DNA of 10,787 bases from Promethearchaeota archaeon (GTDB lineage: Archaea; Asgardarchaeota; Lokiarchaeia; Sigyniarchaeales; SOKP01), in NCBI GenBank assembly GCA_048938005.1, contig JBHLMQ010000079.1, positions 1 through 10,787 on the forward strand, in the 5' to 3' direction. The notes below the pieces were generated by a model. It was not told where the DNA came from and made no database searches. It saw only the letters and a list, made by a program, of their open reading frames with translations. The translations under genes were made by a program, and so were the position numbers. This document shows positions 1 to 7,542 of the stretch, one piece after another (position 1 is the stretch's first letter; the number at the start of each line of letters is the position of its first letter).

Positions 1-1
1 G

Positions 2-322
2 TATCGAATAAAACTTGATAGTATGTGTTGTGGTGCTGGTGGTGGAGTTAGGGCGGGATATCCTGAATTTTCTCTCAAGACCGCAAGTCTTCGATGTGAT
101 GAAGCGAATGCTGTTGGAGCTGATATTTTAACGACAGAATGCCCCTTCTGTTGGAGAAATTTAAGTGACGCAAATGAGATGTATAATCATGGCATGGTTG
201 TTATGGGAATTCTTCAAATGATTACAGAATATAATCTTTTAGAGATTTTAGAAAAACCAGATGAAAAAGATTTCTTAACACCATCTATTAGAGAGATAAT
301 GGAAGAAAAGCCAAAAAAGTGA
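2..322 (+). CDS. CCG-domain (cysteine-rich) Fe-S oxidoreductase, HdrD/GlpC-like, C-terminal fragment (5' truncated)
   Basis: The frame is open from base 2 (YRIKLDSMCCGAGGG...), so ATG 23 is probably internal. CC-x36-CPFC (CCGAGGG...TECPFC) matches the second half of the CCG motif CX31-39CCX35/36CXXC. Stop is TGA at 320-322. Confidence 0.88.
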   Translation, partial: YRIKLDSMCCGAGGGVRAGYPEFSLKTASLRCDEANAVGADILTTECPFCWRNLSDANEMYNHGMVVMGILQMITEYNLLEILEKPDEKDFLTPSIREIMEEKPKK

Positions 323-346
323 GCTAATAGCTCTTTTATTTTTTTT
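321..346 (+). terminator. Probable terminator: short hairpin plus oligo-T tract
   Basis: GAGCT-AAT-AGCTC inverted repeat (321-333) overlaps the stop codon and is followed directly by TTTTATTTTTTTT (334-346). Confidence 0.55.
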
Positions 347-477
347 CTCGATTATTGTATTTTATATGTTTTTTAATTGAATTTTCATAAAAAGTTCTAT
401 AAATTAAAAGTTAGATTTAAAAATTCAATTATACTATTTTGTTATTAATTTATTAACCTTGATTTATGTGAATTTTT

Positions 478-1998
478 ATGAATAAAAAAATACTTATTCC
501 AGTTATAGTATTAGTTTTTAGTGTAGTCTTGATTATCACCTTAGTTGTAGTTTTCCTTCCGATACAACCACCTTTAGGGCCAGGATCTCGAAAAGCAATT
601 ATACTCAGCAGTGCAAATGATTATTATAGAAAAGATGGGGAACCTGATTTTAATGATGGAGAAGATTCAAAATTTGATATTGAAAGTCCAGGTCCATCTA
701 GGTGGGTAGAAATTGGTTTTAATGGTAGTGGAGGAATTGAAAACTCACTCCCCGGTCATGATACTCTTGGATTTATATTTTTATATGCAAACCTTTCTGG
801 GCCCCAGCCCACATATGTTAATAAAGAATTCGTGTACAATTGGACAAATCATTATGAATTATTTAAGTTTGCAGCGTATAATCTTTCTGGCTGGGTTAAT
901 ATCTCAACTAATTTAAATTTCCCACCTATTAAGCCTGCGAATATAACAGATCCCGGGGTAAGAATAGGACTACGTTGGTTAAATTCTAGCAATGATATAG
1001 TGAGAACAGATTGGTCGAAAGGATTAAATGGAGATTTTTTCGGATGGACATTTTTGAATGTAACCGGAATTGCCGATAATTCCACTCTAAATGAAATAAC
1101 TCAATTACATTTAGTTTTAGCAGTTGAGGGTTTTATGAATGGTACACGAGGTGACGTAGTACTTTTTGATGACATTAAAGTACAATATTGGTTCCCACCT
1201 CCAATACCAAGCCCGCCTCCTAGTAATGTAGATTCTGATGGTTTTCCTGCTCAAGCGCTTCAAGTTTACTGGGTTTTAAAGAATCACGGATATACTGATG
1301 ATAATATATTCTTAATGCTTTATCACACGGGAGATGATATAATAGATATAGAAGCAAATGATGGTATCTTTAATGATTTAAATAGATCTGGTATTCTTGC
1401 AGAGGTAGATGTAGAGAATGATGATGTCAATGCTAGTAGGTTTAAGCAAGAATTAGATATATCAATTCCCGGTTCATTTGCATCTGGTATAAAATCAAAT
1501 GACCAGTTAATAATTTATATGGTAGATCATGGCTCAAATAAAGTACTTGGGGATGGCAATGCAACGTTTCATTTCGAAGCAGACGATAGTTACATTAGCG
1601 AAATGGAATTTTTTAATCTAGTAAAATTAATTAATTGTGAACGAATGTTGATAAATATAGATATTTGTTTCAGCGGTAATTTTTTAAATGTAGGTCCAAA
1701 TATAGGATTAAGTTGGTATAATATACCCAAATCTATATTAATTACTTCAACAACAGATATTCTTTCATGGTATTGGCGAGATAACACCAATGCTGATGGT
1801 TTTGCTGGATCTTGGTTTTTCCATCAATTTTGGGATCAATTAAATCAAAATCAGACGATAGGAACCGCTTTCAATAATGCTATAAATTATATACCTTCTG
1901 GACAACCGATGACAATAAATAGTATTCAAACACCTTTAATTAAGGATTATTTAGGAATTAAAGATACTTGGGGTTTTAGTGGCAATCCTCAATTATAA
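478..1998 (+). CDS. Membrane-anchored extracellular C13-family (legumain/GPI8-like, caspase-hemoglobinase fold) cysteine peptidase with inserted beta-sandwich domain
   Basis: N-terminal MNKK plus an approximately 23-aa hydrophobic anchor. First strand RKAIILSSANDYYR. Helix/strand ALQVYWVLKNHGYTDDNIFLMLY resembles legumain [20 protein letters not shown]. Catalytic His351 lies in LIIYMVDHG (codon 1528-1530) and catalytic Cys397 in MLINIDICFSG (codon 1666-1668). About 14 N-x-S/T sequons. Confidence 0.82.
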   Translation: MNKKILIPVIVLVFSVVLIITLVVVFLPIQPPLGPGSRKAIILSSANDYYRKDGEPDFNDGEDSKFDIESPGPSRWVEIGFNGSGGIENSLPGHDTLGFIFLYANLSGPQPTYVNKEFVYNWTNHYELFKFAAYNLSGWVNISTNLNFPPIKPANITDPGVRIGLRWLNSSNDIVRTDWSKGLNGDFFGWTFLNVTGIADNSTLNEITQLHLVLAVEGFMNGTRGDVVLFDDIKVQYWFPPPIPSPPPSNVDSDGFPAQALQVYWVLKNHGYTDDNIFLMLYHTGDDIIDIEANDGIFNDLNRSGILAEVDVENDDVNASRFKQELDISIPGSFASGIKSNDQLIIYMVDHGSNKVLGDGNATFHFEADDSYISEMEFFNLVKLINCERMLINIDICFSGNFLNVGPNIGLSWYNIPKSILITSTTDILSWYWRDNTNADGFAGSWFFHQFWDQLNQNQTIGTAFNNAINYIPSGQPMTINSIQTPLIKDYLGIKDTWGFSGNPQL

Positions 1999-2001
1999 TT
2001 A

Positions 2002-2030
2002 TTTTTTTTTTTCTATTTTTCTTTATTTTT
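2002..2030 (+). terminator. Archaeal-type oligo-T terminator
   Basis: T11 at 2002-2012, starting 4 nt after the stop codon, followed by further T5 runs. Confidence 0.6.
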
Positions 2031-2122
2031 CAAAGTTCTTTTAACATCAAGATTTTAACTTTATAATAAGATTTCTTGAATTATCAGATTTTGTAAATAT
2101 TTGAATTTTTGATGACTTAAAA

Positions 2123-2150
2123 TTTATATTAAGCTTAGAATTAATTCTAA
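2123..2150 (+). promoter_or_regulatory. Putative TATA box followed by a perfect 16-bp palindrome (candidate operator)
   Basis: TTTATA at 2123-2128, then TTAGAATTAATTCTAA at 2135-2150 (perfect palindrome), ending 28 nt before GTG 2179. Confidence 0.4.
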
Positions 2151-2178
2151 TTTAAGAAAGTATTTACAAAAACCTTCT

Positions 2179-2847
2179 GTGAAAATGGTGCATAAACAGA
2201 AAGGAATCATGAAAATTCTAACAATTCTCACTTATTTTATTTTAATTATGGCAAATTTCATATTACTTAATCTGATTCTACCTTTCAATTTAGATCATGT
2301 TATAGAAGATGGAGATTCTATAAATAACAATACTTTCCAAAACTTGTTAATTACTCCTAAAATTGCTAATAATGACACAACAGCACCAATTATTACATTT
2401 ATTCAACCTTCAAAAAATTATACGACAATAACACAAAATTCTTACACTATAATAGTAAATATTAGTGATGAGAATCCCCCTTTGTATGGGAATGTTACTA
2501 TTAAGATTTCTAATTTGACAAACACATTATTTGATACTCTAATGAATAACACAGAAGGAGAACAATGGGTTTTTTATTGGGAAAATATAAGCTTATACCC
2601 GAATTACAAAACATATATCCTCCAAGTTTGGGCAAAAGATTCGTCATCAAGTGGGAATGGTATTTGGTCAGAAGAATTTTATGTATATATATCTGTCTCA
2701 GAAGCTCCTCCTCTCTTAAACATCATTCTCTATTTTATTGCTGTTTCAGTCATTTTTGCCGTGATTATAGTTTACATGAATAGAAAAGTACTGCGGAAAT
2801 CATATAAAAAAGAACGAAAACAAACTGATGGATTTCTTGAAGAATAA
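2179..2847 (+). CDS. Type-I membrane surface glycoprotein with a single Ig-like beta-sandwich domain
   Basis: N-terminal hydrophobic signal (ILTILTYFILIMANFILLNLILP). DTTAPIITFIQP...YTIIVNISD...WVFYW...YILQVWAKDSSSSGN is a typical prokaryotic Ig-like pattern. C-terminal TM helix LLNIILYFIAVSVIFAVIIVYM plus basic tail NRKVLRKSYKKERK. About 8 sequons. The start is uncertain (GTG 2179, ATG 2185 or ATG 2209). Confidence 0.75.
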   Translation: MKMVHKQKGIMKILTILTYFILIMANFILLNLILPFNLDHVIEDGDSINNNTFQNLLITPKIANNDTTAPIITFIQPSKNYTTITQNSYTIIVNISDENPPLYGNVTIKISNLTNTLFDTLMNNTEGEQWVFYWENISLYPNYKTYILQVWAKDSSSSGNGIWSEEFYVYISVSEAPPLLNIILYFIAVSVIFAVIIVYMNRKVLRKSYKKERKQTDGFLEE

Positions 2848-3013
2848 CAATTTTTTAGACTCTTTAGTGTTTCATCCTTCTAGGCTTTATATGTTATGCT
2901 TATCATTTTAACAAAATTTCAATGTAAATTCGTGGTATTTATTTAAATACTCTCTGGTTCTCTTGTTAGTAGAAATATCATTAAAAGCAATATTTATTAT
3001 TCCAAAAAAATAA

Positions 3014-6000
3014 ATGTTAATATTTTCATTAATAACAAAATATAATTTTATCATTTTTGGAGTCAATTTAATATTGATTAATGTAGAAGAGAAATCTGCT
3101 TACCCGTATATCACAAAGTTCAAAAAAGAACCATTTGAATCTTTTATTAGTATAAATGGGAGAGATATAAGAAACTTTTATTATAGTAAATATAATAAGT
3201 TAGATGGTTTTTATCAGTTTTTTAATCAAAATATATTAGAGCTCCCAAAGTTAAATTTAGAGACTGTTTTTTGGTTTCTCTTACTCCGAAAATATACGAA
3301 AAAAGATAATAAAGAAAAAAGAGAGGATTTATTTAAATTTATAAAAAAATGCGAAATTCAACAATATGATCAGTTAGGTTTCAAAATATCACCTGATTCT
3401 CAGAAAATACCTGATATCTATTCTACTTATCTAGCATTAGCTTGTCTAAAAAATTTGGGACTTTTGAGAGAATATTTATTATCTGATGCTCAGAATCAAT
3501 TTAAAGATGAAATTAAAAACTTCTTATTATCCCATAAGAAAGGAAGTATATTTTTACATTGTCATGATAAAGAGTGTGATATCTGTAAGAAAATATCACC
3601 TACACAAACATTCTATTATGTTTTGGAAATCTTCTCACTTTTAGGTATTGATGTTCGAATTAATAGAGACCAATTTCGTTCATATTTAGGCGATAGAAAG
3701 AGAGAACCATCTTTAATTTTTAGAGAAATTTGCCTTAAATTTTTAGATTTAGATTTAGAAGTTAAAGATAAGGAAATCCAATTCCTTCAACAACTTCAAA
3801 AAGGAAATGGTGGCTTTAGTTTTAATCAAATGGATAATATTGATACTACTTTTTGGTTAGTTTATGTTCTTGAACTTTATTCATGGTTATTAGATTATAA
3901 TCCTGCAGGGATTTATTCTTTTATAAATTTAAAATTAAAAGAAATTATAAATGCTCAAGATAAATGGAATTCTGTCAACTTAAATGTAACTTCAAAATTA
4001 ATAATTCTTTTATCTCTGATTTGGAAAAAATTCATTGATGAAATTGAAAGAGTATTATTTAAACAATTAGAAAAAGAAAAATTTGTAGATCTGAGTCAAT
4101 TAAAAACCACATTTGGTTCGGCAGAATATTATGAAGAAGTAATCTCTTATATTAATTTAAATTACAATTTCAAATTAACAATTTTAGATAATGATAACGA
4201 ATTTAAGAAATATATTAGTAATTTTAGCCATGGAAAGAGAGAATTTTTTCAAAATTTCTATGACAAAATCCAGAAAAATAGTATTGTTTCTCTTTCTGAG
4301 CTTTTCAAACAATATAGAGCGCTTAATTATGAACCATTGAAATTAAAAGAAGAAATTTTTCCTATAATAAAAGATATGGTATATAAAAATTATTTTAAAG
4401 GAAGTATTAGAACAAAAAAAGCCTTTTTAGGTTTGAAAACAAAATACCACTTCTATTTGAACAAGGTTTTGAAAAAGATTATAGTCTCTAATGTAGACAT
4501 AAATACAGATAGACTATATGAAGAGAAAGAAAAATTGGAAGATTTTAAGAATGATATCTATAATATGACGTTAAAATTAAAGAATGTGTCTATTCAGATA
4601 CAGGAAGAAATCGAGAGTTATCTTTTAATTGATGAGATAGATTATGCAAGAGATAGATTAAAATTTATTTTACGTAATGCTTTAATGGAAGCAGATTTTT
4701 TAAATGAAAATATTGAAAACTCATTTAATGAAGTTCTAGTATATATTAATTTTCAAACAGTTTTAGATTCTGAAATTGCTCAGTGGAATAAATTATATAC
4801 AGATTTACAAAAAAGGCTCACAGAATTAGATTCTTATCTTAAAGGGAAAATCCAAGAGAAAGAAGAATTAAGAAATTTAGATAATTTATTGGATACCCTC
4901 AAAGAAAAAGTGATCATTGTTGAAGAGGATTTGAACAAGAAACTTGATTCTTTCAAAAAGGTTTTTAATGAAAACCTTGAAAGAGATTATAGTAATGAAA
5001 AATTCAATTTTATTATTCATGAATTAAATAAGCTCTCTCAAGACATAAGAAAATACGATCAAATAGTATATAACGTCTCTCAGCAGGTTAAAACCAAAGA
5101 AAAAAAAATTATTAAAAAACATAAGAAAGTAATTGATAATTGGATAAGAGTTAAAGAGGAATTCGAGACAGAACTTAACTATTATACAGATGGTTTTCAA
5201 TTTTTTAACACTAATTTTAAAAAGATTGAGGAGATTAACGAAATTATAAAATTTGAGATAGAAAAAATCAGTGAAAAAGCGAAAACTGAAATTATCAAAA
5301 ACCAATTTCAAGATGCCTTTGAAATCATCAAAAAAGAATCAGATCTTTTATTGAACACAAAAATTAACGAGATCAAAGAGTTCCAATCTATTATAAAGAA
5401 AGAGATAAAAAGCAAGCAAAAACTCTATTTACTTTATCGTCATTTACAGGATAAACTAGAAAACTTAGAAGCTAATGTGATTGAATTAATCTCTGATCAA
5501 ATGAAATCTTTAAAGGCTAAAGTTATTGAAGAAAGAAATAGGGCTAAAATCGAAGATTTTGATAATTTTATTTCTCAAGAGATGTTTAAATTTAAAACAG
5601 AGTTAAATTCAGTTAAAACAGAATTAGATCATTCGAGTAATCTAAAAATTGAAGATGTTATTAAAAAATTCGATAATCTTCATAACAATTATGATAGAAC
5701 AAACAAAATATATTTAAAAAAGTTAAATGAATATAGTAAAAGCATTGAAGAATTTAATGAAAAATCAAAATTAAGTATTGTACAATGGGAAAAATTTAAT
5801 GATTTTTTTGCTAGTGAATTACCAATATTAAAAGAGGGATGCATTAACAATATAATTTTAAATAAAATACACGTAATGGCTATTGAAAAGAAAACAAATT
5901 ACATTAAATTAATCGATTTAAAGAATGAAATAAAATTATCATGTAAAGTTCTCATTAATAGATTAAGGGATATGATCGATATTTCGAAGATTAATGCAAA

Positions 6001-7483
6001 ACTTAATGAAGAGGAGAAATCTATTTTAGTATTTACAGATGATTATTATTTAAATAAAGAACTTAAGAATTATACTGACAATAACATATTAAAATTAAAT
6101 AGAGAGAGAATCGGAAAGATTTTAGCTTTATATGATTCGAGTGTAAGGAATAGAACATTGAAAACAAATATCTTAGAACTTGAAAATAGAATCAATGATT
6201 TAAGAATTTTTGAAAATGTTCTACCGAAACAGTTTTATGAAAAAGTTAAAACCCTTCAAATTAATCAAGGAAGAGAAGAATTTCTTCAAACCAAAGAATA
6301 TTTTGAATCAATTTTAGAAAATGAAAGAGCAGCTATAAAGAGGATAAAATATAGTTTAGAAGTATTTGGAAAAATGCAGAATTTCATCGAACAACAATTC
6401 AATACTCTTAATATTGAATTAAAAAAATATACTAATAAAGTTTTCAAAGGAGTAGAAGGGCATGATAATTATTTAAAAACTCAGGAAACTTTTGAAAGTA
6501 AAAAGAAAGATTTTAAGGAAAACTTAATAAAATCTCAAGAAAAGATTGAAGAACAAATAAATATCTTATCAAATAAACCTGGCGATTCAAGTAAATTAGT
6601 ACCTGAACTAAGGGAGTTATATGTCAAAGCAAAAAATAATTTTTCAAACGAATACAATAAAAAAATACAAAAAATTAGTGATTATGTTATTATATTAAAG
6701 AATGAATCATTCCGAGAACAAACATTGAACTTTATCAATAATAATAAAATACATTTGAGTCAATTGCTTGGTAATTTAGAAAGAAAAGTTGCAGACAATA
6801 TAGAAATTAAAGAATTCAAGAAATGTAATGTATTAATTCAAAAGAGAGCAAAAAGTATTGATTTAGAGATTAGGGAGATTAATAGACAACTTGATGCTAT
6901 GATAAAAGATTTTTCTAGACAGTCAAAAAATTTTGGCCAAATCTCAAAATTTATACTAGAAGACTTCAATAAATTTATTGATGAATATTCAGAGATTTTG
7001 AGTGAAAAAGTGAAAGCTTTGGAACGATTAATACTAAAATCGTACATTGATATGACCATTAAGGCTGTAGCAAACGAATATTTAACAATTGGTTTCTTAA
7101 ATAATGAACTAAAAATAAAAAAACAAAATATCCAGGACCATTTACTATTTCTAATAAGTGCTAGAGAATTAGAGGGTAAGTTTGACCCAAGGTTCATGAT
7201 CTACTTTGAAAATCCAGAAGTATTAGATGAATTAGATGAAACTGAATTAGAAGTAATAAAAAGTACTAATTATAAGCTGAATATGATGTTACGTCATCTA
7301 AAGAATTTTGCTAGCCAATATGGAAGCATTATCGCTTTTTTTGCTTCAATAATAACAATTTCATATTACTTATTCCTTTTCAGTGGAGGGAATCCTGCTG
7401 TAATTGCATTCCCTTTAATAATTACCATATTTGTTTTAGTGTATTACTTTCTAAAAAAAGGAAAAGAGGAAAAAATTGAATAA
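3014..7483 (+). CDS. Large uncharacterised protein: prenyltransferase/squalene-cyclase-repeat-like N-terminus, PCI-like winged helices, long coiled coils, C-terminal two-TM anchor
   Basis: Uninterrupted 1489-codon ORF. Repeats FIKKCE...GF...PDIYSTYLALACLKNLG and FLQQLQKGNGGFSF...DTTFWLVYVL. K/E/L/I-rich heptad regions. WH-like segments near 4270-4460, 5897-6045 and 7079-7213. Hydrophobic hairpin at 7319-7452. The real start may be TTG 3074 (GGAG at 3059-3062 upstream). Confidence 0.8.
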   Translation: MLIFSLITKYNFIIFGVNLILINVEEKSAYPYITKFKKEPFESFISINGRDIRNFYYSKYNKLDGFYQFFNQNILELPKLNLETVFWFLLLRKYTKKDNKEKREDLFKFIKKCEIQQYDQLGFKISPDSQKIPDIYSTYLALACLKNLGLLREYLLSDAQNQFKDEIKNFLLSHKKGSIFLHCHDKECDICKKISPTQTFYYVLEIFSLLGIDVRINRDQFRSYLGDRKREPSLIFREICLKFLDLDLEVKDKEIQFLQQLQKGNGGFSFNQMDNIDTTFWLVYVLELYSWLLDYNPAGIYSFINLKLKEIINAQDKWNSVNLNVTSKLIILLSLIWKKFIDEIERVLFKQLEKEKFVDLSQLKTTFGSAEYYEEVISYINLNYNFKLTILDNDNEFKKYISNFSHGKREFFQNFYDKIQKNSIVSLSELFKQYRALNYEPLKLKEEIFPIIKDMVYKNYFKGSIRTKKAFLGLKTKYHFYLNKVLKKIIVSNVDINTDRLYEEKEKLEDFKNDIYNMTLKLKNVSIQIQEEIESYLLIDEIDYARDRLKFILRNALMEADFLNENIENSFNEVLVYINFQTVLDSEIAQWNKLYTDLQKRLTELDSYLKGKIQEKEELRNLDNLLDTLKEKVIIVEEDLNKKLDSFKKVFNENLERDYSNEKFNFIIHELNKLSQDIRKYDQIVYNVSQQVKTKEKKIIKKHKKVIDNWIRVKEEFETELNYYTDGFQFFNTNFKKIEEINEIIKFEIEKISEKAKTEIIKNQFQDAFEIIKKESDLLLNTKINEIKEFQSIIKKEIKSKQKLYLLYRHLQDKLENLEANVIELISDQMKSLKAKVIEERNRAKIEDFDNFISQEMFKFKTELNSVKTELDHSSNLKIEDVIKKFDNLHNNYDRTNKIYLKKLNEYSKSIEEFNEKSKLSIVQWEKFNDFFASELPILKEGCINNIILNKIHVMAIEKKTNYIKLIDLKNEIKLSCKVLINRLRDMIDISKINAKLNEEEKSILVFTDDYYLNKELKNYTDNNILKLNRERIGKILALYDSSVRNRTLKTNILELENRINDLRIFENVLPKQFYEKVKTLQINQGREEFLQTKEYFESILENERAAIKRIKYSLEVFGKMQNFIEQQFNTLNIELKKYTNKVFKGVEGHDNYLKTQETFESKKKDFKENLIKSQEKIEEQINILSNKPGDSSKLVPELRELYVKAKNNFSNEYNKKIQKISDYVIILKNESFREQTLNFINNNKIHLSQLLGNLERKVADNIEIKEFKKCNVLIQKRAKSIDLEIREINRQLDAMIKDFSRQSKNFGQISKFILEDFNKFIDEYSEILSEKVKALERLILKSYIDMTIKAVANEYLTIGFLNNELKIKKQNIQDHLLFLISARELEGKFDPRFMIYFENPEVLDELDETELEVIKSTNYKLNMMLRHLKNFASQYGSIIAFFASIITISYYLFLFSGGNPAVIAFPLIITIFVLVYYFLKKGKEEKIE

Positions 7484-7538
7484 TTTTTAATTTTTTATTG
7501 GCCTATACTTTTTTTTTAATTAGAAATAATTTTCTAAT
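7484..7538 (+). terminator. T-rich terminator region between convergent genes, with an 8-bp inverted repeat
   Basis: T runs follow the stop codon, including T9 at 7509-7517. ATTAGAAA-TAAT-TTTCTAAT lies at 7519-7538, just before the helicase stop. Confidence 0.5.
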
Positions 7539-7542
7539 CTAG

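Noticed and set aside
713-1790. Short ORFs 713..916 (+), 852..1085 (-) and 1590..1790 (-)
   Set aside because: They lie wholly inside the well-supported peptidase gene and have no recognisable motifs, so they are shadow ORFs.
2565-2783. 72-aa alternate-frame ORF
   Set aside because: It is nested in the Ig-like protein gene, with no protein-like features or independent start signals.
5100-5108. A9 tract as a slippage or phase-variation site
   Set aside because: It encodes in-frame Glu/Lys codons in an AT-rich gene, and the reading frame is intact.
5024-7197. Antisense ORFs 5024..5311 and 6838..7197 that look hydrophobic
   Set aside because: Their Phe/Leu/Ser richness is simply the reverse complement of Lys/Glu codons in the coiled-coil gene.
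3014-7483. SMC/Rad50 or dynamin-like annotation for the large protein
   Set aside because: No Walker A/B, ABC signature, central CxxC hook, hinge or GTPase motifs are visible. The resemblance is generic coiled-coil composition.
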